Below are positions 29,058 through 39,194 of a stretch of DNA of 43,223 nt, in pieces. Each line of letters begins with the position of its first letter. Positions within the stretch are counted from its first letter, which is position 1. Source of the stretch: Thermodesulfovibrionales bacterium (GTDB taxonomy: Bacteria; Nitrospirota; Thermodesulfovibrionia; Thermodesulfovibrionales; UBA6898). Under the pieces are notes generated by a model that saw nothing but the letters and a program-made list of their open reading frames with translations, was not told the origin of the DNA and ran no database searches. The stretch is from assembly GCA_044450345.1 (NCBI GenBank), contig JBIOIY010000020.1:1-43223 (forward strand), read 5' to 3'. Both the position numbers and the translations under genes were made by a program.

Positions 29058-30748
29058 GATGGATTAAGGCAGTTTTATTTTTGTGCATCGTTATCTCGCC
29101 GTCGATTTCATTCAGCGAAGATCTTTCCGACATCCAACTGGACAAAGGCATCAGAAACTACGATACGTATTCATATGTCTTGATGGCAAAGGCACATAAG
29201 GACAAGGCGCATGCCGTCGAGCTTCTGAGGGAGGCCCTTCTGCATTCCCCTGACCTTCCGGCGGTATATTTCGAGTTGTCTAAGGCCGCCTTTTCTTTCT
29301 CCGGAGAAGGGATCTTGAACAGCGTGGATTACGTGGTCCAGGGTATCAATGCATATTCCAGGAACTTCTGGTGGTCTTTTACCTTCATCGGCTCCGTTGT
29401 CTTTGGCGTGATCTTTTCTTTTGCTGCTGCATTTGCCCTGATCGTCATCGTGCGACTATTTACGGACATTCCCCTTGTCACCCACGATATAGAGGAGACC
29501 CGTTCGAGAGGGGTGATCCTGCTGATTTTCATGCTCCTTTCTTTGGCAAGTCCTTTGTTGTTCATTGCGGGGATGCTGATACTTCTCGGCCTTTATATGA
29601 AAAGATACGACAGATTTACCGTATACCTGTTTCTTTTTTTTCTCGTTTTGTATCCGTTCTTTTTCAAGATGGCAACGATGTATGTGGGCGCCTCGTCGTC
29701 CGGGGTCCTGAAAGCGATCGTGAACGTGAACGAGGGGAGGGATAACAATTATGCGATTTCCAGGCTGAAAGAGGGCAAGGACTACGCTTCTCTTTATTCC
29801 TATGCGCTGGCCCTAAAGAGGAACGGGCACTTTGAAGAAGCGATTGCTGTTTACCGGAAGTTGCTGGCGCAAAAAAAGGACCCGAGGCTTTATGTGAATC
29901 TCGGGAATTGCTATGTAGGTTTGTATAATTTTGATGAAAGGAAGAGGTCCGTTCTTCAGGAAGCAACCGAGTTATATATCTCCGCGGTAAACCTTAAACC
30001 TCTCCCTTCCGCCTATTATAACCTCTCACAGGTCTCCCGCGAGACGCTCGATTTTGCGGCGGGCGAGCAATATTTCAAGTCGGCGCTGGCTGCGGACAGG
30101 GTGGCAGTATCAGGCTATAGGTCCATAGCCGGCAGGAACGTCAACAGGTTCGTAATTGATGAGACACTTATGCCTTCGGAGTTCTGGGATTATGCCTTCG
30201 CACGAAGCTATACCTCTTCCTCCGAGGGTTTTGCCGCAGTTCCTCCCACGGCGGTTTCGTTGGCGGCAATTGTCTTGGCTGTTCTGTTTTATTTTCTGTG
30301 TGGTCTTTGGCACCAGCATGCTTTCAGATGCAGAAAGTGCGGCACCATTCTCTGTAGTAAGTGCGAGAACAGACTTATGTGGGGAGAGATGTGCCCTCAA
30401 TGTTACGGGTCGATTGTGAAACTAGATGCACTCGAAGTGAAAGAGAGGGTCGCCTGGCTTCTTGGCATTTACGAACAGCAGAGGAAGCACAGGAATACGA
30501 TAAAGGTGTTGTCTTTCCTCTTTCCCGGACTTTCCCATGTGTATGCGGGGAGAATAGTGACGGGTTTTCTTTTCCTCTGGCCTTTTTTATTCTTCCTGTT
30601 GCTTTCGACAACTTTTTTGATAATTCTGCCTGACCGCCGCTTGGTATCTCACGACTTTTTCAAATGGGCGGGGCTGTGGACCAGCACGGGACTCTATCTC
30701 GTTTTTCATTATATTACAAAGAAAAGGATTGCAAAGGGATGGCTTTAG
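29054..30748 (+). CDS. Polytopic membrane protein with TPR repeats and a Cys-rich segment
   Basis: Signal peptide, several TM helices, TPR-like repeats (YVNLGNCY, AYYNLS), CRKC..CSKC..CPQC and PGLSHVY.G. Confidence 0.75.
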   Translation: MRWIKAVLFLCIVISPSISFSEDLSDIQLDKGIRNYDTYSYVLMAKAHKDKAHAVELLREALLHSPDLPAVYFELSKAAFSFSGEGILNSVDYVVQGINAYSRNFWWSFTFIGSVVFGVIFSFAAAFALIVIVRLFTDIPLVTHDIEETRSRGVILLIFMLLSLASPLLFIAGMLILLGLYMKRYDRFTVYLFLFFLVLYPFFFKMATMYVGASSSGVLKAIVNVNEGRDNNYAISRLKEGKDYASLYSYALALKRNGHFEEAIAVYRKLLAQKKDPRLYVNLGNCYVGLYNFDERKRSVLQEATELYISAVNLKPLPSAYYNLSQVSRETLDFAAGEQYFKSALAADRVAVSGYRSIAGRNVNRFVIDETLMPSEFWDYAFARSYTSSSEGFAAVPPTAVSLAAIVLAVLFYFLCGLWHQHAFRCRKCGTILCSKCENRLMWGEMCPQCYGSIVKLDALEVKERVAWLLGIYEQQRKHRNTIKVLSFLFPGLSHVYAGRIVTGFLFLWPFLFFLLLSTTFLIILPDRRLVSHDFFKWAGLWTSTGLYLVFHYITKKRIAKGWL

Positions 30749-31788
30749 AAGGGTCTTTAAGCGATTTCGGCCTTGCAGACATTCTGCAACTTATTTATTT
30801 TCAGCGTAAGACGGGGTTGCTGACGCTTGAGGGAAAGCTGGACAAGATCAAATTATTGTTCAGGGACGGCAATATAGTCGGGGCGGAATCCAAGCGGAGA
30901 ATAGATGACAACCGGCTCGGCAAGATCCTGCTTAAGCGGGGGCTCCTCAGTGAGGGCGACCTTCAGGCAGCGCTTGAAGAACAGAAAAAAAACAAGACGA
31001 AACTCGGCAATATTCTTCTGGAAAAAGAATGTATCAGCAAGGAAATAATAGGCGAGATAATCAACAGTCAGATAACAGAGACGGTTATTCAGCTCTTCAA
31101 CTGGAAGCAGGGCGCATATGAATTTACTTCACAGGGTATTCCCGAGGACAAGGTGCTTTCGACCTCTCTTGACACGCAGCATCTGCTCATGGAAGGGTTG
31201 AGGCTCGTCGATGAGTGGTCCCTGATACGGGGAAAGATCACGCTTGACACCATTTTCAGAAAGCGGGGGGAATTTTCAGAGGAGCTGGATGAGGAGGAGG
31301 AAGGGGTCCTGAAGTATGTCGACGGAGAAAACGATGTGAGCACTATTACTGATCTCAGCGGCGGGGATAATTTCCAAATCTCAAAAACGCTTCTTTCACT
31401 TATGGAAAAAGGGGTTGTTGAAGAAGTCGAGGAGGCCCCTTTTGTGGTGAAGGAGGAGTTGTTTGAAAAGAAAGAGTCTCTGCATATTTTGAGATTCCTG
31501 GTCCCGGCGGCGATCTGTATCTCGCTGGTCCTTTCGCTTACGATTACGGCATTTTATAAGGGTGGCCTTGCAAGGGAGTTGTCGGCGGGCGGGAAACTGG
31601 ACGCTCTCAGGTTTAAAATTGAGGCCTACAAGCTGGAACATTCTTCATATCCTCCTGCCCTCGATGCGGTTTCGGCTGAGAAAGACCCGTGGGGACATCC
31701 TTATATTTACAGGATTTCAGATGATTCATTCTATCTCGCAAGTGCGGGTGCCGACGGGAAGGAAGGGACAGGGGATGACATTTACTGA
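30739..31788 (+). CDS. DUF4388 (PatA_N-like) protein with MshEN motif, TM helix and GspG-like C-terminal domain
   Basis: MALEGSLSDFGLADILQL; RLGKILLKRGLLSEGDLQAALEEQ; DPWGHPYIY...SAGADGKEGTGDD. Confidence 0.8.
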   Translation: MALEGSLSDFGLADILQLIYFQRKTGLLTLEGKLDKIKLLFRDGNIVGAESKRRIDDNRLGKILLKRGLLSEGDLQAALEEQKKNKTKLGNILLEKECISKEIIGEIINSQITETVIQLFNWKQGAYEFTSQGIPEDKVLSTSLDTQHLLMEGLRLVDEWSLIRGKITLDTIFRKRGEFSEELDEEEEGVLKYVDGENDVSTITDLSGGDNFQISKTLLSLMEKGVVEEVEEAPFVVKEELFEKKESLHILRFLVPAAICISLVLSLTITAFYKGGLARELSAGGKLDALRFKIEAYKLEHSSYPPALDAVSAEKDPWGHPYIYRISDDSFYLASAGADGKEGTGDDIY

Positions 31789-31848
31789 GGCGTCCCCGGG
31801 GGTCTTCCTCTGCTACGGGAAATAATTGTCTGATGGAACCGGTAGTAG

Positions 31849-32724
31849 ATGGGATACGGGGGAACGGAGATGTCTAAAGCGCGGGCGCGTCAGAATAAGG
31901 CCATAGTGCTTTTGAGCGGAGGGGTAGATTCATCGACTGCCTTGGCCATTGCGCAGGCAGAAGGGTACAAAGTGCACGCCTTGAGTTTCGATTACAATCA
32001 GCGGCACGGGGTAGAACTCGCGTTCGCAAGAAAGATGGCTCACTCGCTGAAAGTGGAAAGGCATCTTATCTCGGCCTTTGATCTTAGGGAGATAGGCGGT
32101 TCGGCGCTTACATCCGATATGGAAGTGCCCAAGGGGAGGGGGGAGAGGCGGAAACGGGGAGGAGAGCAAGATAAGGATTTCCGGGAGACGAATTCTCTGC
32201 TTCCGCACTTCCAGGCTTCAGGCCTTATTCCTGTCACGTATGTTCCTGCGCGGAACACGATCTTTCTCTCTTTCGCCCTGGCCTGGGCTGAGGTGCTTGA
32301 AGCGGAGAATATCTTCATAGGAGCGAACGCGATAGATTACAGCGGATATCCTGACTGCAGGCCGGCGTATCTGAGGGCCTTCGAAGATATGGCAAACCTT
32401 GCAACCAAGGTTTCGGTAGAGGGAAAGGTGAAATTCAGGATAAGGGCCCCTCTTATTTCCATGAGGAAGTCGGAGATAATAGAAAGAGGACTTGAACTGG
32501 GGTTGGATTATTCCCTCACGTGGAGTTGTTATGATCCGCAAAGGATCGGCAATAAGGGAAAAGCAGGGAGTAAAAAGGGCGGGGCAGGGGCGGGAAAAGA
32601 CTTTGGAACTTCCGATATCATGGGTTTGCGCAGTGTTTTCCGGCCCTGCGGCCGATGTGACAGTTGCAGGCTTCGGGAAAAGGGCTTTATTGAGGCAGGG
32701 GTAAAGGACCCGGGTAGAGCATAA
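31849..32724 (+). CDS. queC: 7-cyano-7-deazaguanine synthase
   Basis: SGGVDS, TYVPARN, YPDCR, SCY...CGRCDSC; two low-complexity insertions; start may be 31870. Confidence 0.95.
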   Translation: MGYGGTEMSKARARQNKAIVLLSGGVDSSTALAIAQAEGYKVHALSFDYNQRHGVELAFARKMAHSLKVERHLISAFDLREIGGSALTSDMEVPKGRGERRKRGGEQDKDFRETNSLLPHFQASGLIPVTYVPARNTIFLSFALAWAEVLEAENIFIGANAIDYSGYPDCRPAYLRAFEDMANLATKVSVEGKVKFRIRAPLISMRKSEIIERGLELGLDYSLTWSCYDPQRIGNKGKAGSKKGGAGAGKDFGTSDIMGLRSVFRPCGRCDSCRLREKGFIEAGVKDPGRA

Positions 32725-32783
32725 ATGATATTAAATGGAGTCGTTCTTTGATACTATAGTAAATAAATTCTGAGGAGGGCACC

Positions 32784-33062
32784 ATGGGAGAAAAGCTTTC
32801 TCATGAAGAGTTTGTAAAGAAGGCCATTGTAAGTCTGAGGAAAGAGGGGTTCAAGGGAATACATTCTGTTTACTCGGGGTTTAACGAGGCTTTCAAAAAA
32901 TACTTTACCGATGAGAACCCGGTCGAGGCGACGAACAAACTTGCAGGCGAGGGCAAGATAGTCATTAGGCCGGTGAAGGGGGGTGTGATGTTATATATGC
33001 CTGAAGATGCCCCTGGCTCGGGAAGCGCCGAGCAGGCGCTCAAAAAGATGGGACTCGGCTGA
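32784..33062 (+). CDS. Hypothetical protein (92 aa)
   Basis: SD GGAGG; KGIHSVYSGFNEAF and RPVKGGVMLY look like a conserved core; ends 2 bp before selA. Confidence 0.75.
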   Translation: MGEKLSHEEFVKKAIVSLRKEGFKGIHSVYSGFNEAFKKYFTDENPVEATNKLAGEGKIVIRPVKGGVMLYMPEDAPGSGSAEQALKKMGLG

Positions 33063-33064
33063 AA

Positions 33065-34468
33065 TTGCAGCAGACGGAGAAGAACAGGTTACTTTCCACT
33101 CTGCCGTCCGTGGATGAGGTTCTGAAGAGCCCTGACGGCCGGGAATGGCTAGGACAATTTCCGAGGAAGATTATACTCAAGGCGGTAAGAGAAGTTATAG
33201 CCGCTGGGAGAGGGGAAATACTCGCAGGCAGGGCGACAGACCTTTCTCCTGCAATGCTCTCGGCTGAGATAGAGGACAAAATTGTAAGACTTTCATCTTT
33301 CAGCCTTGTGCCGCTTATCAATGCTACCGGAATCGTCATTCACACAAACCTCGGCAGAGCGATACTTTCAGATAATGTTCTCCATAATGTGGTTGCGGTC
33401 GGCAGAGGTTATTCAAATCTTGAGTATGATCTGGCAAGCGGGAAAAGAGGGCGGCGACACACGCATACGCGGAGATTGCTGACTGATATTACCGGCGCCG
33501 AAGACGCTCTTATCGTCAATAATAATGCGGCTGCGGTGCTTCTGTGCCTGAACACCGTCGCAAAGGGCAAGGAGGTCATTGTTTCAAGGGGCGAGCTTGT
33601 GGAAATCGGGGGTTCCTTCCGGATCCCGGATGTAATGTCAGCGAGCGGGGCTGTCTTGCGGGAGGTAGGTACAACGAACAAGACGCATATCTACGACTAT
33701 GCAAGCGCGGTCAATGATAACACGGCCCTGATTCTGAAGGTGCATCAGTCAAACTATAAGATAATAGGATTTTCGGACGGAGTGGCGGTCGAAGATCTCG
33801 TTTCACTCGGCAGGAAGCATGACCTGCCGGTTATGTATGACCTCGGGAGCGGGTGTCTTATAGACCTCAAGCCCTATGGCATCAAAGACGAACCTTCCGT
33901 TGCTGATATTGTGGGATCGGATATCGATATTGTATCGTTCAGCGGAGATAAACTCCTCGGAGGTCCTCAAGGCGGCATCATCGTCGGAAAGAAACGATAT
34001 GTGGAAAAGATCCAAAGGAATCCGCTGGCGAGGGCAGTAAGAATAGACAAGTTCGCGATAGCAGCGTTCGAGGCTACGCTCATGGAATACCTTGACCCTG
34101 AAAAGGCAAAAGAGGAGATCCCGGTCCTGAAGATGTTGCTTCAATCACCAGTGGAGATACAGACGCGGGCGAAAAGGATAGCAGCAGAACTTAGGAAGAT
34201 TGCTGGGAATGCGAATGTTTCCGTGATCCGCGATTCTTCAAAGGCTGGAGGCGGCTCGCTTCCGGAGGTCGATTTTCCGACATACGCAGTCTGCATAAAA
34301 CCTGCCGGGGTCTCTGTAAATGCACTGGAAGTGAGACTGCGGAGCGGTCGCCCTCCGGTCATCGCGAGGATCAAGGAAGATTCGCTCCTTTTGGATGCCA
34401 GAACAATAAGAAAGCAGGAGATCGGCGATCTTGTGCGGGTCGTTGCCTCTGCCCTGCACGCCGACTGA
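33065..34468 (+). CDS. selA: L-seryl-tRNA(Sec) selenium transferase
   Basis: INATGIVIHTNLGR, VNNNAAA, SRGELVEIGGSFR and FSGDKLLGGPQ (PLP lysine). Confidence 0.96.
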   Translation: MQQTEKNRLLSTLPSVDEVLKSPDGREWLGQFPRKIILKAVREVIAAGRGEILAGRATDLSPAMLSAEIEDKIVRLSSFSLVPLINATGIVIHTNLGRAILSDNVLHNVVAVGRGYSNLEYDLASGKRGRRHTHTRRLLTDITGAEDALIVNNNAAAVLLCLNTVAKGKEVIVSRGELVEIGGSFRIPDVMSASGAVLREVGTTNKTHIYDYASAVNDNTALILKVHQSNYKIIGFSDGVAVEDLVSLGRKHDLPVMYDLGSGCLIDLKPYGIKDEPSVADIVGSDIDIVSFSGDKLLGGPQGGIIVGKKRYVEKIQRNPLARAVRIDKFAIAAFEATLMEYLDPEKAKEEIPVLKMLLQSPVEIQTRAKRIAAELRKIAGNANVSVIRDSSKAGGGSLPEVDFPTYAVCIKPAGVSVNALEVRLRSGRPPVIARIKEDSLLLDARTIRKQEIGDLVRVVASALHAD

Positions 34469-34477
34469 GCATTTAGA

Positions 34478-34792
34478 TCAGTTTCCGTCGAGCTTCTTCA
34501 GCAGAAGAGCGGAAAGCATGAATCTCGGAAATTCTTCTTCCTTCACTTTTTTGTAAAAATCGCAAATTTCACAGTTCCTATACTTCTGCGCAAAGGTGCC
34601 TTGTATCTCTCCCTTACACAAAGTCCCTGCCATTACCCAGCAGCTTCTGCCGGCATTTTTTCCTCCATGGATGTTGTCGAGTCTTGTTTCAACCGCTGCC
34701 GGACATATGCCCAAATCATGAATATGCAATCCTCCGGGTTGCCTCCCACACTTTTTGAATTCCCAGCAATTAATCTTGCCTTCTTTCTCCAT
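34478..34792 (-). CDS. Two-CW-type Cys-rich small protein
   Basis: NCWEFKKCGR..CPA..GRSCW..AGTLC..CEICDFY; SD GGAGG. Confidence 0.8.
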   Translation of the reverse strand: MEKEGKINCWEFKKCGRQPGGLHIHDLGICPAAVETRLDNIHGGKNAGRSCWVMAGTLCKGEIQGTFAQKYRNCEICDFYKKVKEEEFPRFMLSALLLKKLDGN

Positions 34793-34976
34793 GTTTATTA
34801 CCTCCAAATTGTTGTCGCCACGGCAGTATTTTATCAACTAATTATACAATAAACTATAGAAAGAGCGCTGCTTCTTGTATGCCGAATTGGCAGACAAGAT
34901 AATTTACAGAAAATAATGGCCAAAAGACAAGAGCAAAATATTATAATGGTGAACAATAATTTTTACAGGCGGAGAT

Positions 34977-36860
34977 ATGAGACATATAATTCTCGGTACA
35001 GCTGGTCATATAGACCACGGAAAAAGTTCCCTCGTAAAGGCGCTCACGGGTATTGACCCTGATAGACTGAAGGAAGAGAAAGAACGTGGAATAACCATAG
35101 ACATCGGCTTTGCAGATCTTGTATTTTCTGAGAGTGGACTGACCGTCGGCATTGTTGATGTCCCCGGACATGAAAAGCTTATCAGGAACATGCTGGCGGG
35201 AGCGGGCGGCATCGACATGGTCTTGCTTGTTATTGCCGCCGATGAAGGGATAATGCCTCAGAGCCGGGAGCACCTGGCAATATGCGATCTATTGAAAATA
35301 AAGTGCGGGCTCATAGCTATTACGAAGGCGGACCTCGTTGAGAGAGCTTGGGTTGACCTTATAAGGGATGAAGTAATCAACTTTGTGAGGGGTACATTTC
35401 TTGAGAATTCCCCTATAGTGCCGGTCTCTGCCAAAACTGGTGAAAACCTCGATACCTTGAAAAAAGAGATTGAAGATCTTGCCCTAAAGGTTGCCCCGAA
35501 AGATACGGGCGGTTTATTCAGGCTTCCCATAGACAGGGTCTTCACCTTGAAGGGCTTCGGAACCGTCATTACGGGCACCGCAATATCGGGGAAGGTTTCT
35601 CTCGACGACCCACTCGAAATATTGCCGGCAAATATAAAGGCTAGGGTCAGAGGACTCCAAAGTCACGGCAGCGCCATCGACACCGCGTATGCGGGACAGA
35701 GGGTTGCAGTGAATCTGCAGGGCGTTGAAAAAGAAAGTCTGGCAAGAGGAGACGTTGCGGTGACGCCATTGAGCTTTGCCGAGACAAAAAGCCTTGACGC
35801 ATTTCTGGAGTTGCTGCCTGAAACGCCTACATTAAAAAATAAAAGTCTGGTTCATTTCTATGTCGGCACCGCCGAAACTGTCGCGAGGATAATACTTTAT
35901 GAAAAAGAAGAATTAAAACCCGGGGACAATTGTTATTGCCAATTCAGGCTTCAAGATCCGGTCATCGCTGTGGCGGGAGACAGATACATTATCAGAAGGT
36001 TTTCACCTCTTGAAACCCTGGGAGGAGGTGAAATCCTCGATCCTTCGCCGATTAGGAAGAGGCGAAGGGGAGCAGTAGAAGATCTGGGCATGCTCTATTC
36101 GGGCGGTCTCGATCAGAAGGTTTCTATAAAAATAGAAAAATCAGGACCTCAAGGCATATCTATTAATACCATAAGAGGGTGGATCCGCGCGGATGTGAAG
36201 TCGTTGGATAACGCTATTGAGAAGCTTGAAAGGGCGGGTGAGTTCATTGTGTTTGAGGACCTGATTATTCACAGAAAACCCTTCTTATCCCTTCAGAACG
36301 AAATACTCGGACTGCTGAGGGCCTTCCATAAGAAGAACCCGCTCAAGCCAGGGATGTCCAAAGAAGAAATCAGGAACCAGCTGAGGATCGATGCCCGCCT
36401 ATTCAATTTTATTTTGGGCGGGTTGAAAGATGTGCTGGTCGAAAAAGACCTTGTCAGGCTGGGTGAATTCAAGGTAGAGCTTTCGAGCAGAGAGGAGGAA
36501 TTCAAGGTGAAAATGCTTGATTTGCTCGAAAAAGGCGGATTCCAGCCCCCGACGAAAGAAGAGATTTCTTCATCGCTTAAGATAGAGCAGAAACGCTTGA
36601 CCGACATCCTCTCGCTGATGTCAAAGGAGGGGAGGGTTGTCAGAATGAGCGAGTCTCTCTATATGTCAACGGGCGTGTATAACGAAATGTTGTCTTTACT
36701 GGAGACTTTTTTTAAGAAAAAGCCCGAGATGACCGTTGCTGAGTTCAGAGATTTATTAAATACGACAAGAAAGTATGCGCTCCCTTTTCTAGAATTTCTT
36801 GATTCGCAGAAAGTCACTCTCCGCACCGGAGATGTCAGAAAGTCTCTTCTCAAGAGGTAG
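34977..36860 (+). CDS. selB: Selenocysteine-specific elongation factor
   Basis: [25 protein letters not shown]-terminal winged helices ending [14 protein letters not shown]. Confidence 0.97.
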   Translation: MRHIILGTAGHIDHGKSSLVKALTGIDPDRLKEEKERGITIDIGFADLVFSESGLTVGIVDVPGHEKLIRNMLAGAGGIDMVLLVIAADEGIMPQSREHLAICDLLKIKCGLIAITKADLVERAWVDLIRDEVINFVRGTFLENSPIVPVSAKTGENLDTLKKEIEDLALKVAPKDTGGLFRLPIDRVFTLKGFGTVITGTAISGKVSLDDPLEILPANIKARVRGLQSHGSAIDTAYAGQRVAVNLQGVEKESLARGDVAVTPLSFAETKSLDAFLELLPETPTLKNKSLVHFYVGTAETVARIILYEKEELKPGDNCYCQFRLQDPVIAVAGDRYIIRRFSPLETLGGGEILDPSPIRKRRRGAVEDLGMLYSGGLDQKVSIKIEKSGPQGISINTIRGWIRADVKSLDNAIEKLERAGEFIVFEDLIIHRKPFLSLQNEILGLLRAFHKKNPLKPGMSKEEIRNQLRIDARLFNFILGGLKDVLVEKDLVRLGEFKVELSSREEEFKVKMLDLLEKGGFQPPTKEEISSSLKIEQKRLTDILSLMSKEGRVVRMSESLYMSTGVYNEMLSLLETFFKKKPEMTVAEFRDLLNTTRKYALPFLEFLDSQKVTLRTGDVRKSLLKR

Positions 36861-36941
36861 CGCGATCCGCTTCGGGTACCTCTCCGGATGAAAAGGCATC
36901 GAAATGATGATGTTAAAGAGGCAGAGATAAAAAAAATATAT

Positions 36942-36957
36942 TGTTCCACGTGGAACA
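36942..36957. promoter_or_regulatory. parS site 1
   Basis: Perfect palindrome TGTTCCACGTGGAACA. Confidence 0.93.
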
Positions 36958-36993
36958 CTGAGTGGAACACTGAGTTTATAATCCGGACCATAT

Positions 36994-37009
36994 TGTTCCA
37001 CGTGGAACA
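36994..37009. promoter_or_regulatory. parS site 2
   Basis: Perfect palindrome TGTTCCACGTGGAACA. Confidence 0.93.
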
Positions 37010-37052
37010 CCTGGAAAGGCCCTAAAGATTTTTATTGAATCCGCAGGCAAAA

Positions 37053-37061
37053 TGCTATAAT
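37053..37061 (+). promoter_or_regulatory. Extended -10 promoter of parA
   Basis: TGCTATAAT, 10 nt before the ATG, no SD. Confidence 0.6.
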
Positions 37062-37071
37062 ACTGTCTGAT

Positions 37072-37851
37072 ATGCATAAGATAATAGCCATCGTGAACCA
37101 GAAGGGCGGCGTGGGAAAGACAACGACTGCCATCAATCTCGCGGCATCTCTCGCACTTTCGGGCGAGAAGATACTTCTCATCGACATTGACCCGCAGGGA
37201 AACTCCACGTCCGGACTTGGAATATCGCGAGACGCCCTCCAGAAAACCATTTATAGCGTTTTATCCGGTGCAAGTGAAGTGGAGGAGGCCATAATGGCAA
37301 CCTCGGTCGAAAACCTGTTTATACTTCCTTCGAGCATAGACCTTCTCGGCGCGGAAATTGAGCTGGCGGGAAAGGAAGGTCGCGAGCGCATCCTTCTGGA
37401 AACGTTAGAAAGAATAAAGCACATCTACAGGTATATCTTTATAGACTGTCCTCCCTCTCTCGGGATATTGACCGTCAATGCGCTTGTAGCAGCCGAGTCG
37501 GTGCTGGTCCCGGTTCAGTGTGAGTATTATGCACTTGAAGGGTTGGGGCTTCTGACAAGAACGCTCCGTCTCGTGAGGGCGTCCTTTAATCCCGGCATTG
37601 ATATCGAAGGGATCCTGCTCACTATGTTCGATACTAGGAACAGTCTTGCACATCAGGTAGTTACGGAGATAAAAAAACACTTCGGTGATAAAGTTTATTC
37701 CACGATAATTCCACGGAATGTAGCCCTGAGCGAGGCCCCGAGCCATGGCAAACCGGTTATTCTTTACGATGTCCGGTCGAGAGGCGCTCAGAGTTATCTT
37801 TCTTTGGCAAAGGAGATCCTGCATGAAAGCGGCGTTGGGCAAAGGGCTTAA
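37072..37851 (+). CDS. parA: Chromosome partition ATPase ParA/Soj
   Basis: NQKGGVGKTTT, DPQGN, DCPPSLG, PVQCEYYALEG and EAPSHG. Confidence 0.96.
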   Translation: MHKIIAIVNQKGGVGKTTTAINLAASLALSGEKILLIDIDPQGNSTSGLGISRDALQKTIYSVLSGASEVEEAIMATSVENLFILPSSIDLLGAEIELAGKEGRERILLETLERIKHIYRYIFIDCPPSLGILTVNALVAAESVLVPVQCEYYALEGLGLLTRTLRLVRASFNPGIDIEGILLTMFDTRNSLAHQVVTEIKKHFGDKVYSTIIPRNVALSEAPSHGKPVILYDVRSRGAQSYLSLAKEILHESGVGQRA

Positions 37852-38650
37852 TGCCCTGATACCCGAAAAGGGCGAAGAGGTCCTTTATTTGGATGTTGAC
37901 AGGATTATGCCGGGGAAACAGCAGCCGAGAAGAGTCTTTCATGAGGAGTCTTTAAAAGAACTTGCAGCCTCGATAAAAGAAAAAGGGGTCCTCCAGCCTG
38001 TTATCGTATCCAGAACCGGCGACGGCACCTTTAACCTCATAGCGGGAGAACGGAGATGGAGGGCGTCGATTCTTGCCGGCCTGAAAAAAATTCCCGCTCT
38101 GATAAAGAATGTCGCTTCAAAAGATTCTTTAGAGATCGCTCTCATCGAGAATATCCAGCGAGAAGATCTCAATCCTATAGAGACAGCCGAGGCGTTTAAC
38201 CGCTTGGTCAAGGAATTCGAACTCACACAGGAAGATCTCGCGGCCAAGGTCGGAAAAGAACGGGCGACTGTTGCAAACTATCTTCGGCTGCTCAAGCTTC
38301 CCGACGATATTAAGACTATGCTCTATAACGGTTCCTTAAGTATGGGCCATGCCCGGGCTTTGCTTTCTATTGAGGGAAGGACTCATCAGATTGAGGCGGC
38401 GCGGAAGATTATCAGAAGCAGCCTGAGCGTTAGGGAGACGGAGTTGCTCGCAAAAAAGATTTTGAACCCGGAGAAGGGCAGTGGTAAGAAGAAAGACCCC
38501 CAGATTTCCTCTCTGGAGGAGAAACTCATCAAACATCTTGGAACTAAAGTACGTATCGCGCATAAAGGAAAGAAGGGCGGAAAGATAGAGATTGAGTATT
38601 ATTCGCTCGATGAGTTTGACAGACTGTTAGAGATATTGATGGCGGGATGA
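37823..38650 (+). CDS. parB: Chromosome partition protein ParB/Spo0J
   Basis: LGKGL, QPR, AGERRWRA, ENIQREDL and HTH; SD AAGGAG. Confidence 0.96.
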   Translation: MKAALGKGLNALIPEKGEEVLYLDVDRIMPGKQQPRRVFHEESLKELAASIKEKGVLQPVIVSRTGDGTFNLIAGERRWRASILAGLKKIPALIKNVASKDSLEIALIENIQREDLNPIETAEAFNRLVKEFELTQEDLAAKVGKERATVANYLRLLKLPDDIKTMLYNGSLSMGHARALLSIEGRTHQIEAARKIIRSSLSVRETELLAKKILNPEKGSGKKKDPQISSLEEKLIKHLGTKVRIAHKGKKGGKIEIEYYSLDEFDRLLEILMAG

Positions 38651-39174
38651 AAAAGAACATTCTTATCACAGGAATGGCCGGCTCCGGCAAGACCACCATG
38701 ATACGAAAACTCTCGGAAGTATTCAAAGAGTTCAATCCGACGGGGTTTTATACTACAGAGGTCATGGAAGAAGGCGCCCAGACGGGACTTCTTATTGCGA
38801 GCCTTTATGGCGATAGCAGGATACTTGCCCATGTCGGGCTGAAGAGCAAATACGGCGTCGGCAGGCTGCGCGTCGATGTGAAAGGTTTTGATACAATGCT
38901 CGACAATATCTTTTCCAAGGACAAAAAGACCGGATTATATTTTATCGATGAGATAGGCAAGGTTGAATGCCTCTCCAGGAAATTCTCCAAGATAATAATC
39001 GAGATTCTTAATGCTGAAAAATCCGTCATCGCCTCTATCTCGGATAAAGGCACGGGAATCATCAGCGAAATCAAGAAGAGAAGCGATGTAAAGTTACATG
39101 AGATTACCCTTGAGAACCAAGACATGAAGTTGAAAGAACTGACAATGGAAATCAGGGACCTTCTTCTCGAATAA
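38647..39174 (+). CDS. NTPase_1 (THEP1-like) P-loop NTPase
   Basis: ILITGMAGSGKTT, GFYT.E and IDEIGKVE. Confidence 0.85.
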   Translation: MKKNILITGMAGSGKTTMIRKLSEVFKEFNPTGFYTTEVMEEGAQTGLLIASLYGDSRILAHVGLKSKYGVGRLRVDVKGFDTMLDNIFSKDKKTGLYFIDEIGKVECLSRKFSKIIIEILNAEKSVIASISDKGTGIISEIKKRSDVKLHEITLENQDMKLKELTMEIRDLLLE

Positions 39175-39194
39175 AGCCCGAAAGTATTCCCTCG

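Noticed and set aside
33060..33125. UGA of the 92-aa gene as a selenocysteine codon with a SECIS
   Set aside because: Readthrough adds only 20 unremarkable residues out of frame with selA, and I see no clear SECIS hairpin
34793..34976. tRNA-Sec (selC) near selA and selB
   Set aside because: No cloverleaf or T-loop motif here or downstream of selB
36861..36900. Short hairpin after selB as a regulatory RNA
   Set aside because: Only a 5-bp stem, no U-tract and no recognisable family
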